Shown in pieces: positions 49,214 to 61,829 of a DNA stretch of 64,000 bases. The notes beneath the pieces were generated by a model that was given only the letters and a program-made list of their open reading frames with translations, had not been told where the DNA came from and ran no database searches. This stretch comes from Scyliorhinus canicula (taxonomy: Eukaryota), in contig NC_052155.1 in NCBI RefSeq assembly GCF_902713615.1, positions 64,413,654 to 64,477,653 on the forward strand, given 5' to 3'. The first letter of the stretch is position 1. Each line of letters opens with the position of its first letter. The position numbers were made by a program, and so were the translations under genes.

Positions 49214-52200
49214 CAGTGTCTATTTTGAACATCAGGGAATGTCCATTCGCCTGCAGCATGACCCGAATCGGCACCACATTTGGGATTGGGATGCATCATG
49301 TTGTCTTCTTCGGGTGGGGCCACATGCAAGGCCCTGGCTCAGAGCGCCCTCATAGCCTGCCCAAGGCAGCACTCTCTCCGCTGATTCTGGTGGCCTTGAT
49401 AACTGCGTGCTCTGTGCCCACATGTCTGGCAATGCTACCGGAATTCTCTCTCATCCTCTGGAGAGGTGTGGCGCTGGTCTGTGGTGACACCCAAATTTTG
49501 AGCCTGACTGTGGTAATGTACCTTTTTTTTTCGCTTTGGAGGCGGCTTGGCCATTCGGGCACTTCCCGAGGATGTCACTGAAGTCCGGTATAGTGGCCTA
49601 ACAACACTATTGACCCCATTGCGCGTGGAACCTTGATGTTCCTGCACTCTTTTCTCCCTGTTTTCGGGGGTCAGTGCTAGCTCAATGACCCATTTTAAAT
49701 CCAACGTGGACTCCACCAACAGCTTCCTTTGCTTGGCCATGTTGTTGATTCCACACACAAGCCGATCCCTCAACATTTCAGATAGGGATGTCCTGAACTC
49801 GCAGTGCTCTGCCAGTGGGCAGAGGAGAGTCAAGGAATCAGTCACTGACTCACCCAGAGTTCACACAATCATGTTGAACCGGTGCCGTTGCATGATAACT
49901 GATAGCTTTGGGTCATAATGGTTAAGACAATAGTGCAACCAACTCATCAAATAACTTGGAATCTGGAGCAGCTGGGTACATAAAGCACTTTATAATACTA
50001 AAGGCTGAGGATAAATGTCAATCAATTAATCAACCATATGGCCGTTAGGAGGGTTACCTTTTGTCCGTCTTCTCTCATGATGCCATTGGCCTGGGAGAAG
50101 TATCTTATACGCTCTGTGCACTGAGCCTAACTTCCAGGTCTGCGTCAAAGGTCTTCAGTCTCCCAAAAAGTGGCACTTCTGATACCTAATTCCACACACT
50201 GCTGCATGGCAATCTTCTGGAGCAGCTGAAGCATCCTGAAGTCATATTTAGATTTACCTTTTTCATTGTAACGTAAGTCTGCTACAGCAGCAGATGTTTT
50301 CACGTCATAGGGAGAAGCAACATGATGGTCCTGCTTGGGCCATCATGTTGATGTTTATGCTTGATCTTACCCTTCCCAGCTGTGTGAGCCTTCGCCCACT
50401 ACTGGGGAAGCTCATACCCCACATCCCCGTGGGGAGGTCAATGACAGTTTCCCCGTGGGCCTCATGGGGGTTATCACAAAGAGCTGAGGCCTGCTGGTAG
50501 GAAACCTACCCTCTGCCTTTATTAAAATGTTTTGCATGAGCTGCTGGCGCCTACCATGCCTCCACAGACAGCTCATCCACTGGGAGTGGGCAAATGTTCA
50601 GCCACTTTGCTGGTGGCTGACTGGTGCCTGGTAGGAATGAGTAACTGGGCGGGATGATCACAAGGACAGTGGAGTCAGCAGGGCACAGGAATGATTTTTC
50701 AATTTCTTTTTAATCTTTCTTTTATTTGTAATCATTGAAGAACCCTGAAGCTGTAGCAGGCTCAGTATATGCTCCTCGCAATGGGAAAATGAATCCCCAG
50801 GGGATGCGTATGTGTGCTGTGCCCTAATCCACATTTGCAAGGTACCACCTAATGTTCTTCATGCGCAATCATTGTAAACAACCAACAAAACTTTAGCACT
50901 GACCCAAACTCGCAAGCAGATTAGCTGGGTCCTGACCAGTGTTGAAGCTGCTCCCCTTGTCTTCGACAAAAAGGATTTTCATTACACTGACAAACAATAT
51001 AAAGTACTTGGTGATCTAATTGTTTAGGTATGAGGAAATGGTTAAACATTGAAAGCAATTAAAGATCAATGTGATGCCAAGTATGGCTATTATAACTGAT
51101 TAGTTAAAAATTCCAATATTTGATCGTTGCCTTAATTCATAGAAATACCAGATATTCATCATACATAATACTTTATTAATAATTAGGTACATAGTTATTT
51201 TATTCTGAAATTAAATGTTTTATTACAGTATAAATCTTTATGTGAAACATTGCCTGTGGTCACTTCAATGGGCTTCACATTGAATAGTGGTGGACCATTA
51301 AGGAGGCAAAATCCAATACATTTAACAATTTTAAAGTATGAGGTGATATTAACCCTCCTGCCTAGCATAAACTGGTCGAGTAGTTAAAATTGGCCAGAAG
51401 ATTTAACCATCATTGCCTCCTCCATTCCTTGGGTCTGGAATTTGAATCTGCTGCACTGGGAAGGCCGCAAGGTCACCCACATACAAAAAAATCACACATG
51501 AAAATTGAAGCAGCAGGAGCCCATTCAGCCCTTCAAGTCTGCTCTGCCATTCATTATGATCATGGCTGATCATCAAGTTCAATGCCCTGATCCCGCCTTC
51601 CCCTCATATCCCTTGATTCCATTAGCTCCAAGAGCTACACCTAACTCCTCCTTGAAATGACACAACATTTTGGCCTCAATACTTTTTGTGGTAGTGAATT
51701 CCACAGATTCATCACTCTCCTCACCTCACTCCCAAAAAGTTTACAACTGCTCCACAGGGCAGCAAGATAGCACAGTGGAGGGCAGCACGGTAGCACAGTG
51801 GTTAGCAATGTGTCTTCACAGCACCAGGGTCCCAGGTTCGATTCCCCGCTGGGTCACCGTCTGTGCAGAGTTTGCACGTACTCCCCGTTTCTGTGTAGGT
51901 TTCCTCCAGGTGCTCCGGTTTCCTCCCAGAATCCTAAGGCGTGCAGGTTAGGTGGATTGGACATGCTAAATTGCCCTAAGTGTCCAAAACGTTTAGGAGG
52001 AGTTATTGGGTTTCAAGAATAGGGTGGAAGTACGGCTTAAATTGGGTTGGTGGGCTGAATGGCCTCCTTCTGCACTGTATTGTGGCAAACCACGTTATTG
52101 CATTATATGTATTGTATTGTATTGTGCATGCGTGGGCTTGTCCAGGCGGGTTCCGCCTGTGGCTCCTCCCCTCGGGCTTCTGTATAAAAATGGCAAGTCT

Positions 52201-52329
52201 CTGCCTCCGGACTCAGTTAGGGTCCAGAGGCAGGAGGCTTGCTGTTTAGTGTATTAAAGCCTCAGTTACGTTTATCACTCGTCGTCTATTCTTGATGGTG
52301 TATCAATTTAATACACTAAATTTCTAAAG

Positions 52330-55300
52330 ATGGATTCTGCACTCAAGATGAACTCCTCACTCAAGCCTGATTGCTTGCAACTGGACCCGCAGTCAGCTGA
52401 CACTACAGAGACTTTTGAACACTGGCTAAGCTGCTACAAGGCCTACCTCGCAATCTTCAACGAAGACTTCACAGACCTCCAGAAGAAGAAGGTCCTCCAT
52501 GCACGGGTGAGCCCAAGAGTCTTTCACCTCATCAGGGACGCCCCCTCGTACGCGGAGGCAATAACGCTGCTAAAAGGACATTACGTGAAATCCGTTAACC
52601 AGGTATATGCTCGGCACCTCCTCGCCACGAGACACCAACGTCCTGGGGAATCACTTGCGGAATTCCTGTGTGCCTTGCGCATACTCTGCTAGAACTGTAA
52701 CTGCCGGGTGATATCGGCTTCCCAGCACGTGGATCTGCTGACCAGGGACGCCTATGTCACGGGCATGCCGCAAAATATATCCGCCAGCGGTTATTAGAAG
52801 AGGGGCCACTCGGCCTCCCAGAGACAGTACAACTCTCCAACTCACTGGAGGTGCCCTCCCAAAACATGGGGGCCTACACCTCCGACCACGCGGCACCCTC
52901 ATGGGCCTCGTAGGCGCAGCCATCAACCGACCCGGGTGCGACGCAAGCCTGCACCTCGCAGAGGCCCAAAGTGCTACTTCTGCGGCCAGAGTAATCACCC
53001 CCGACAATGCTGCCCGGCATGGAACGCGACCTGTAGCAGCTGTGGGGAGAAGGGCCACTTTGCAAAAGCCTTCCAGGCCCAATCCCCCCCCCCCACTCCT
53101 AGATCTTCTGGGCCCAGCAGTGCTTCCTGCTGCCTGTCAGGGCACCCCCAGCTGCCGCGCAGCCACCCGCCATGTGCGACCCACGGGGGCCGCCATCTTG
53201 GACGCCATCTTACACCTCACCCGCCACGTGCGACCCAGGGTGGCTGCCATCTTTGATGCCTTCTTACACCCCACCCGCCATGTGCGACCCACAGGGGCCG
53301 CCATCTTGACGCCACCTTGGGACCACTCCGCAGCGTCCCGGGAGCCCTGCTCACCCGACTGTAGGCTGGCAGCCGCCACCTCTGACCGACCTACCGACCG
53401 CCTTCTGACACTGGCCTCTGTCACACTAGACCAGTCCCAGCCGCACCACGTTGCGAAGTCCACGATCACCGTCTGGATCAATGGGCACGAGACAGCCTGC
53501 CTCTTTGACTCTGGGAGCACAGACAGCTTCATACACCCAAATATGGTAAGGCGCTGCTCCCTCCCCATCCTACCCATGACCCAGAAAATCTCCCTAGCTT
53601 CCGGATCCCACACAGTGGAAATCCGGGGGTACTGTGTCATGACCCTCACTGTGCAAGGTGTAGAGTACACCAACTTTAGGCTCTACATCCTCCCCCATCT
53701 CTGCGCTGCCCTATTACTGGGCTCGATTTCCAGTGCCACGTCCAGAGCCTTACCCTAAAGTTCAATGGACCCCTGCCCCCCTCACCATCTGTAGTCTCGT
53801 GACCCTTAAGGTTGCCCCACCCTCCCTCTTCGCAAACCTCACCTCGGACTGTAAGCCCATCGCTACGAAGCAGACGTTACAGTGCTCAGGACAGGACCTT
53901 CATCAGGTCAGAGGTCTAGCGACTCCTGCGAGAGGGGATAATTGAGGCTATTAACAGCCCCTGGAGAGCCCAAGTGGTGGTCTTCCAGACTGGGGAGAAG
54001 CACCGGATGGTCATCGATTATAGCCAGACTATCAACTGGTAAATGCAGCTCAATGCGTACCCCCTCCCCCGCATATCTGACATGGTCAATCAGATTGCAC
54101 AGTATCGTGTCATCTCTACAGTCCACTTGAAGTCTGCTTACCACCAGCTCCCTATCTGTCCAGAGGACCGCCAGTACACTGCCTTTGAGGCAGACGGCCA
54201 CCTCCGTCGCTTCCTCGGGGTTCCCTTCGGCGTCACCAACGGGGTCTCGGTCTTCCAAAGGGAAATGGACTGAATGGTTGACAAATACGGGCTGTGGGCC
54301 ATGTTCCCTTACCTAGGCAACAACACCATCTGTGGCCGTGACCTGCAGGACCATGACGAGAACCTCCGGCGCTCCCTCCACACATCGAAACTTCTGAACC
54401 TAACTTATAACAGAGAGAAATGCGTCTTTCGCACAACCCGCCTGGCCATCCTCGGTTACGTCGTGGAACACGGAGTCTTAGGGCCCGACCCCGACCGCAT
54501 GTGCCCCCCCTGGAACTCCCCCTCCCCCACTGCCCCAAGGCCCTGGAGGGATGCCTGGGATTCTTCTCTTACTATGCCCAGTGGGTCCCCAACTACGTGG
54601 ACAAGTCCCGCCCACTGATCAAGTCCACCACATTTCCCCTGATGACTGAGGCCTGACTGGCCTTCGATTGCATCAGAGCAGATATTGCCAAAGCCGCGAT
54701 GCATGCTGCGGACGAGTCCATCCCTTTCCAAGTGGAGAGCGATGCATCGGACTTTGCTCTGGCCGCTACACTCAACCAGTCGGGCAGGCCCCTGACTTTC
54801 TTCTCCCGTACCTTTCATGCATCCGAAATTCGATACTCCTCCGTCGAAAAGGAGGGCCAAGCCATAGTAGAAGCTGTGAGACATTGGAGGCATTACCTGG
54901 CCGGCAGGCGATTCACTCGCCTCACTGACCAATGTTCGGTTGCCTTCATGTTTAACAATTCACAGCGGAACAAAATCAAGAACGACAAGATTCCGAGGTG
55001 GAGGATCGAGCTCTTCCCCTACAGCTATGATATCTTGTATCGACCTGGGTAGCTCAATGAGCCCCCAGATGCCCTATTCCGCGGTACGTGTGCCAGCGCA
55101 CAAGTAGACCAACTCAGGGCCCTCCACAACGACCTCTGTCACCCGGGGTCACCCGCTTTTACCACTTTATAAAGGCTCGCAAGCTGCGCTACTCCATCGA
55201 GGAGGTCAAGTCCGTGACCAGGGACTGCCAGGTCTGCGCGGAGTGCACTTCTATCAGCCAGACAGAGCACATCTGGTAAAGGCTCCCGCCCTTTTGAATG

Positions 55301-56222
55301 CCTCAGCATGGACTTCAAAGGGCCCCTCCCCTCCACTGACCGTAATGTGTACTTCCTCAACATCGTTGATGAGTACTCCAGATTCCCCTTCGCCATCTCC
55401 TACTCGGACGTGACCTCTGCCTCCGTTATCAAGGCCCTGCACAGCCTTTTCACCCTGTTCGGGTTCCCCGCCTACATCCACAGTGATTGGGGCTCGTCCT
55501 TTATGAGCGACGAGTTGCGTCAGTTCCTGCTCAGCAAAGGCATCGCCTCCAGCAGGACAACCAGCTATAACCCCCGGCAAAACGGACAGGTGGAGAGGGA
55601 GAACGCGACGCTCTGGAAGGTCGTCCTCCTGGCTCTACGGTCAAAAAGTCTCCCAGACTCCCGCTGGCAGGAGGTCCTCCCCTATATACTCCACTCCATC
55701 CGGTCGTTTCTCTCTACGGCCACTAACGAGACTCCTCATGAGCGTATGTTTGCCTTCCCTAGGGAGTCTACCTCCAGGGTCTCGCTTTCATCCTGGCTGA
55801 CAGTCCCGGGGCCCGTCCTTCTCTGCAAGCATGCAAAGAGCCATAAAACCGACCCCCTCGTCGAGAAGGTCCTGCTGCTCCATGCAAACCCCAATACGCC
55901 TACGTGACACACCAGGACGGGCGGGGATTTGGCTCCTGAAGGCTCCCCGGAGACCATCACCACCACACCCCATCCTACATCATTGTCCCCAACCTCCGCC
56001 CACCTCCCTCACGAACTGGCTCCTGCAGGCCCACCGAGGACAAGCACCTCCAACTCCGCACATACACCGCCCCACCCCGCTTCACCGACTCAACATCTGG
56101 GTGAAAAAGAAGAAGTCAACATGCTCCCGGACCCGCAGGTCTCGACACCAGCACCCACACAACAGCCTGGATTGAGGCGGTCTCAGCGGAAGGTCAAGGC
56201 CCCTGACAGACTTGACCTTTAA
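52330..56222 (+). pseudogene. Gypsy gag-pol pseudogene of G2
   Basis: LKPDCLQLDP; knuckles CYFCGQSNH and CSSCGEKGH; protease LFDSGS; RT LKSAYHQ and YLGN; RNase H ESDASD; integrase DFKG...DEYSRF...NGQVER; many stops and frameshifts. Confidence 0.93.
53166..53322 (+). repeat. 54-bp tandem repeat x3 in the Gag-protease linker of G2
   Basis: CCCGCCA(T/C)GTGCGACCC at 53166, 53220 and 53274; each unit carries GC(C/T)GCCATCTT. Confidence 0.88.
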
Positions 56223-57152
56223 GACCACTTCACCGCCGCCGGACTTTTTTTTAAACAGGGGGTGAATGTGGTAAACCACCTTATTGTATTATATTCACTG
56301 TGCTGTATTGTACATGCCTGGGCTTGTCCAGGCTGGCTCTGCCTGTGGCTCCTCCCCTCGGGCTTCTGTATAAAAATGGCAAATCTCCGCCTCCGGACCC
56401 AGTTCGGGTCCAGAGGCAGGAGGCTTGCTGTTTAGCGTATTAAAGCCTCAGTTACGTTTATCACTCATCATCTGTTATTGATGGCGTATCATGTATGTTC
56501 TATGTTCTATGACCACTAGTTCTGAACTCCCCCACCATCGGGAAAGTTCTTTCTGGATTTACCCTGTCTAATCCTGTTAGAATTTTATAAATTTCTACGA
56601 GATCCCCTCTCACTCTTCTAAACTCCAATGGGTATTATCCTAACCTAGTCTCTCCTCATATGACAGTCTTGCCATCCCAGGAAACAGCCTCATAAACCTT
56701 CTCTGCACTTCCTCCATAGCAAGAACATCCTTCCTTCTTCAAGGACACCACAACTGCAGACAGTACTCCAGGTTGGCCTGACCAATGCCCGATACAATAG
56801 CACTAAAACATCTCCATTCCTATACTCAAATCCTCGTGCTTTGAAGACCAACATACCATTTGCCTTCTTTCCTGCCTGCTGTAGCTGCACGCTTACTTTC
56901 AACGACTGATGCACGAGGACAGCAAGGTCTCGCTGAGTATCCACCTCTCTCAATTTACATCCATTCAAATAATAATCTGCCTTCCTATTTTGCTACCAAA
57001 ATGGATAACCTCACATTTATCCACATTATACTGAATCTGACATGCAAATGCCCATGATTCAGCCTGTCTGAATCCCGCTGAAGCATCTTTGCATCCTCCT
57101 TAAAGCTTATTCTCCCATCAATCTTGGTATCATCTGCAAGTTTGGAGATTAG

Positions 57153-57366
57153 GGGCGGGATTCTCCTTTCTGGGGACTAAGTCCCCACGTCAGCGGGAAA
57201 ACCGGCACAAACCACTCCGGCGTTAACAGCCCCCGAAAGTGCGGAATTCTCCGCACTTCCGGGGGCTAGGTGGACAGCGGAGGGGTTGGCGCCGATCCAA
57301 CCGGCGCTGAAGGGTCTGCGCGAGTTCGCACATGCGCCAAAGGGCCAGCGTGATCTCGCACATGCA
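57153..57366. mobile_element. Truncated Harbinger-type MITE (left end only)
   Basis: GGGCGGGATTCTCC TIR-like start; CpG-rich, with CACTCCGGCG and GCACATGCGC motifs shared with the other MITEs. Confidence 0.65.
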
Positions 57367-58902
57367 AGGGCTTAACTTCCATTTTAACTGGTGGTGTTAG
57401 CAGTGAAATTGGGAGTGAAAAAAAGCAGCTTGGGCTAGAAAAGATGCAAAAACGTAAATTTCAAAATCAGTGATGTCAGAAGGAAGGAAGAGGAGTGCTT
57501 CTCCACCTGTTACAAGGAAACCTCCAGTCTCCACCGTCTTGGACAGGCCCCTCTTCCAACCTCCCTGAAACCCCTTTCCTGTGACTCACATGGGTGCAAG
57601 GGACCATTCCTTTGGTGGCCTTCAGCTGTTAGCATTCTGCCATCACCAGATGGCCAGTTCTCACTTCCTACAAATTTTTGCCATTCTGCTGAACGATGGG
57701 ATGCTTATGGAGCTCGGGAATTAAAATTTCCCTGGCCTCACATTTCCCTGCCATATTCCCACTCCAGATTAACATCAAACCTCATAATCCAGTGACCGTA
57801 TTAGATAAATACGTTTGGAAAAAAACATCTGCTGCATGAGGTGTGGTCACTAAAACATTTAACAGTGCTTAAGTTGAGGTTGTCAGTTTTTTTATCTGTG
57901 TTGGATTGATTCCAGAGTAGAATTTGGAATGATAAACATTCATTGTCAATGATGTACTTCATTTTGACAAGATTTTGCTTACTGATAAAATGAATGTCAA
58001 TAGCTGCGTCCAGCTATATTATTTATCTTTTTGATCACAAGAATAATTATTTGAAGGTCTGGGAAGTAATATCAGACATTCCTCAGTTCTCCACTAGACT
58101 AACTCAAGGTTGGATGGAATCCCTGTGAAATTGCAGACATTTGGGGTGGCATATTATTTAATGCAAGAAATGAGGTTCTCCCCTCTGCCCCCCCCCCCCC
58201 CCCCTCCTGCAGGGGACCATGTAGGCTACAGGTGAGTGAGAAATAGATGGTGTCTCAGAGCAGGAGGCTCTACAAGAAGGCCAGGGGGTAGCTCTAACCA
58301 GGCTTCCCATTCCCAATGCTGTGTCCTTCAGGTACTGAGTGCTTTTAAACGAGGCACCCTACCAGGAGCCCATACGCATACCTTACAACCTCCCTGCATG
58401 GCACCAGGGGTGAGGCATCTTGCTGACACCCATAAAGTATTGATCTGTTGCTCATGATTCTCAAACATTCTGCATCTCTCCATTAATTCCGACTTAGAAG
58501 ATTCAATCTCTTTTATCTGATGCAGACATAAAAGTCGATATTACATAATTACTTAAATAATTTGCTTATGTATGAAATGCATCCCATCACTCATTCAATT
58601 ATCTACTGTATTTTAATTACAAACTCTCTTCCATATATAATTTTGAGCAGCTGCCAATGAATAGCCCACAGCAATTTCAAGCACTTACATTGACGTTAGA
58701 CATTTTGTAAATTATTTGAATATACAAATTACCTGTACTTGTTAATCCAGTACATTAAAATTGCTTTTACTGGGATAGTTGCTTGGAGTGTGGCGAAGTG
58801 CTCAGCAGGTGTATGAACCATGATTCAGCTCGACTGAGAACAGCAGTGTTGGGAAGTCAACTTCAATGGGAACTGAAAACAAATTAAAGGTCATTATTGA
58901 AT

Positions 58903-59112
58903 GTTTTACAACACGAGGTTAAAGTCCAAAAGTTTCAAAGGTTAAAGTTTCAAATCACCAGCTTTCAGAGTAAGAGCCTTCCTCAGATTCACCTGAGGAA
59001 GGAGCTGCGCTCCAAAAGTTAGTGATTCCAAACAAACCTGTTGGACTTTAATCTGGTGTTGTAAGACTTCTTACTGTGCCCACCTAGTCCAACGCCGGCA
59101 TCTCCACATCAT
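58903..59112. mobile_element. Small Penelope-derived inverted-repeat element with two hammerhead-like cores
   Basis: TTACAACACGAGGTTAAAGTCCAA (~58906) pairs with TTGGACTTTAATCTGGTGTTGTAA (~59041); central CTGAGGA cores on both strands; right arm nearly identical to the PLE end at 61155-61280. Confidence 0.85.
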
Positions 59113-60198
59113 TATAGAATATAAATAAGCTGGTATGTAACATTACCCATTATCAGATACAACTTTACTACAATCTTTGTTATCAATTGCAAAAAAATTA
59201 GAATTATTGGTGGTGTTCAGTGCATATTATAATACAATAATATTGCATGTGAATCCACATCCCACACCCAACCCCTGTCCCAACTCTGACAGAAATTAAG
59301 TATGATATCACAATGCAGCCTTGTTCAAGTACATCTTATTTGTGGCTAAAGACTGGCATGATCAAATACCGCACAAAACATTGGTTCCATTCTTTTGGGA
59401 ATAGGACCAAAATGTCATCTCATTGGCAAGTCAATGGTTTATTATGTGCGCTCTGAGAAAGAAGCAGACTTAATGGATTGAAATACTTTTTCTTACTCCA
59501 GTCTTTCTGATGTACTAATTTGTTCCTGTTGGCTATATAGCATCCTACCTTTCAGCCATAACGTATTGCTGTAAATGTCCAATGATGAATCAAAGCTATT
59601 CCCGCTGATGAGGAAATGGTAGTATCTAAGTGCTTGGTCTGGTTGTAAGCAAGCAGAATCACCAGAGGCACCAGATAATGCAAGATAATTAGTGTGAAAC
59701 TTTGTGTCATTACTCAAGCTACCATTAGAGGCTTTCAACAGAAGCCTTTGACAACTTGTTAGATATATACGGTTTAATATCAGGCTGATATTCTCTGGAG
59801 TCAAGCAAAACACCTGGCATTGACATTAAATGGTTTACACCTGATTAGATATCCTCCATTTTCTACAGATGTTGCCTCAATACCCTATTGAAAGTTCAGA
59901 TCAATTACCGTCTCTGGTGATGGAGCAAATATCACTGCACACAAATCCTTGCCTTTTGCCTCCATGATGATTTCAAGTTCAGTTTCTCTTTGTGACATTA
60001 AGAGGAATTTTAGTGATGTAAGAAGCATAGGGGCAACAGACCATCAAACTTGCTGGATTTCTATTTTGACAACATTTAGTCCTTTGTTTATGAGTGGTAA
60101 AGTTGATCCCATATAGCATGTGTGATCTCTTATCATATCCTTATGTATGTGGTTATCCCAACACTCAGTTGATATTTGGTAATATAAACTAAGTGTCA

Positions 60199-61506
60199 GG
60201 TATGGCTCAGCAGTAGCGCTCTCACCTTGAAATCAGAAGGTTGTGTGTTCAAACCTCATGCTGGTAATTTGAGCATGCAATCTAGCTTGGAAGTACAGTA
60301 TTGAAGAAAGCCCAACCTACCTTTTCAGATCAAAGTAAAATATCTCATGGCACTATTCAAAGATCGCACCAACAAAAATCGCACCGAGCTCCTCAGAAGA
60401 CAAACACGGGACACAACCGACAGAGTACATTTTCATCCCTGGAGCAGAGAAACTACGACATCTTCTTTGCAGCCTTCAACACGTCATCAATGAAGATGAA
60501 CATCTTGCCAAAGTCAACCCCACATCCCCACTACTTGCCTTCAAACAACCGCACAACCTCAAACAGACCATTGTTTGCAGCGAACTACCCGCATTCAGAA
60601 CAGCGACCACGACACCACACAGCCCTCCCATGGCAATCTCTGCAAGACATGCCAGATCATTGACATGAGCCCACCAGGTACGTGGTACATACTCGTGCGA
60701 GTTGGCCAACATTGTCTACCTCAAATGCTGCAGGAAAGGATGTCCCGAAGCGTGGTACATTGGCTAGACCATGCAAACGCTGCGACAATGGATGAACGGA
60801 CAAAACGCAACAATCGCCAGGCAGGAATGGTCCCTTCCAGTCAGGGAACACTTCAGCAGTCATGGGCATTCAACCTCTGATCTTTGGGTAAGAGTTCTCC
60901 AAGGCGGCCTCAACCGGGACCTGGGATTCACGTCGCATTACATCCACCCCACACCATCTGGCCTGGGCCTGCAAAATCCTACTAACTATCCTGGCTTGAG
61001 ACAATTCACACCTCTTTAACCTGTGATTATCCCTCTCTCCAGTCGCTCCATCTGGACCTGTAAAGATTTTATTATCTGCAAAGGCTCGCATTCAAAGTAT
61101 CACCTTGCATCATTGACTTTGTCTACATATATGTTTCTGGAACCTACCTCTTCATTCACCTGAGAAAGGAGCTCTGCTCCAAAAGCTAGTGATTCAAAAC
61201 AAATCTGTTGGACTTTACCCTGGTGTTGTGAGACTTCTTATTGTGCTCATCCCAGTCCAACGCCGGCATCTCCACATCATGACTATTCAAAATGGAACAG
61301 GAGTGTTGCCCTGACCAAACTTTATTCCTTACCTAACACTGATCATTTATCTCCTTTCTATTTATGGAACGTTGTAGTGCAAATTGGCTGTGGTATTTCC
61401 TTACATTGCAATAGTAACTGAACTTCAAAATACTTCATAGCTGATAAAGTGCTTTGTGATGTCCTGAAATCATGAAGGGTTTTGCATAAATGCAAATTAT
61501 TTCTAT
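60199..61506 (+). mobile_element. Old Deu-domain SINE (60199-60361 plus 61282-61506), split by a Penelope insertion
   Basis: Head TGGCTCAGCAGTAGCGCTCTCACC...GTTCAAA; CATGGCACTATT core; tail AAAGTGCTTTGTGATGTCCTGA...TAAATGCAA, like 25570-26136. Confidence 0.7.
60362..61281 (+). mobile_element. 5'-truncated Penelope-like element (GIY-YIG endonuclease, Neptune-like linker)
   Basis: HGNLCKTCQII linker; YSCELANIVYLKCCRKGCPEAWYIG*TMQTLRQ...PVREHF; 10-bp TSD ACTATTCAAA at 60352-60361 and 61282-61291; degenerate hammerhead at ~61155-61195. Confidence 0.92.
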
Positions 61507-61545
61507 TTTATAATCACACTTTAAATAATTTCACCTGGTTGTACA

Positions 61546-61772
61546 ATTTTTAAATTATAAATTTAGAGTACCCAATTCTTTTTTTTCCAATTAAGGGCCA
61601 ATTTATTATGGCCAATCCACCTACCCTGCACATGTTTGGATTGTGGGAGCGAGACCCACGCAGACATAGGAAGAATGAACAAACTCCATACGAAAAGTGA
61701 CCCGGGCTGGAATCGAACCCGGGTCCTCGGCGTCATGAGGCAGCAGTGCTAACCACTGCACCACCGTGCCCC
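61546..61772 (-). mobile_element. V-SINE, short A-rich tail type (AATTGGGTACTCTAAATTTATAATTTAAAAA)
   Basis: GGGCACGGTGGTGCAGTGGTTAGC...GGTTCGATTCC...V-domain. Confidence 0.88.
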
Positions 61773-61829
61773 CCCCCCCGCTGGTGTACAATGCTGCAAT
61801 CTTCAAAAAGTGCTAGCTAGCTGTGTCAG

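Larger units (their letters stand above)
41820..50478 (-). mobile_element. Old, deleted Ty3/Gypsy element hosting nested L1, solo LTR and SINE
   Basis: Related LTR-like blocks ending at ~42205 (followed by a PPT complement) and at ~50267-50478 (shared TTTATGCT(C/T)GATC...GGGAAGCTC...CATGGGG); Gag LAEHCEF...LRDRLVCGINN (49435-49845); RNase H ERPIAFTSRTL...IEKEGLAV|WFAVKIFHHYVY. Outer boundaries uncertain. Confidence 0.7.
52081..56491 (+). mobile_element. Full-length decayed short Ty3/Gypsy LTR retrotransposon with no tRNA PBS (element G2, relative of G1)
   Basis: 225-bp LTRs at 52081-52305 and 56267-56491 (about 10% mismatches); 5-bp TSD TGTAT; PPT AGGGGGTGAA; gag ATG at 52330. Confidence 0.96.
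51757..56511 (+). mobile_element. V-SINE with duplicated head (51757-52080) and tail remainder (56492-56511), split by Gypsy G2
   Basis: GGGCAGCAAGATAGCACAGTGG then GGGCAGCACGGTAGCACAGTGG; tail CTGCACTGTAT|GTTCTATGTTCTATG. Confidence 0.85.
51505..57150 (-). mobile_element. CR1 LINE 3' fragment (51505-~51750 plus 56512-57150), split by a SINE and a Gypsy
   Basis: 3' UTR GCCATTCATTATGATCATGGCTGATC; ORF2 QRDLAVLVHQSLKVS...KKANGML...LYRALVRP in 56690-56968. Confidence 0.85.
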
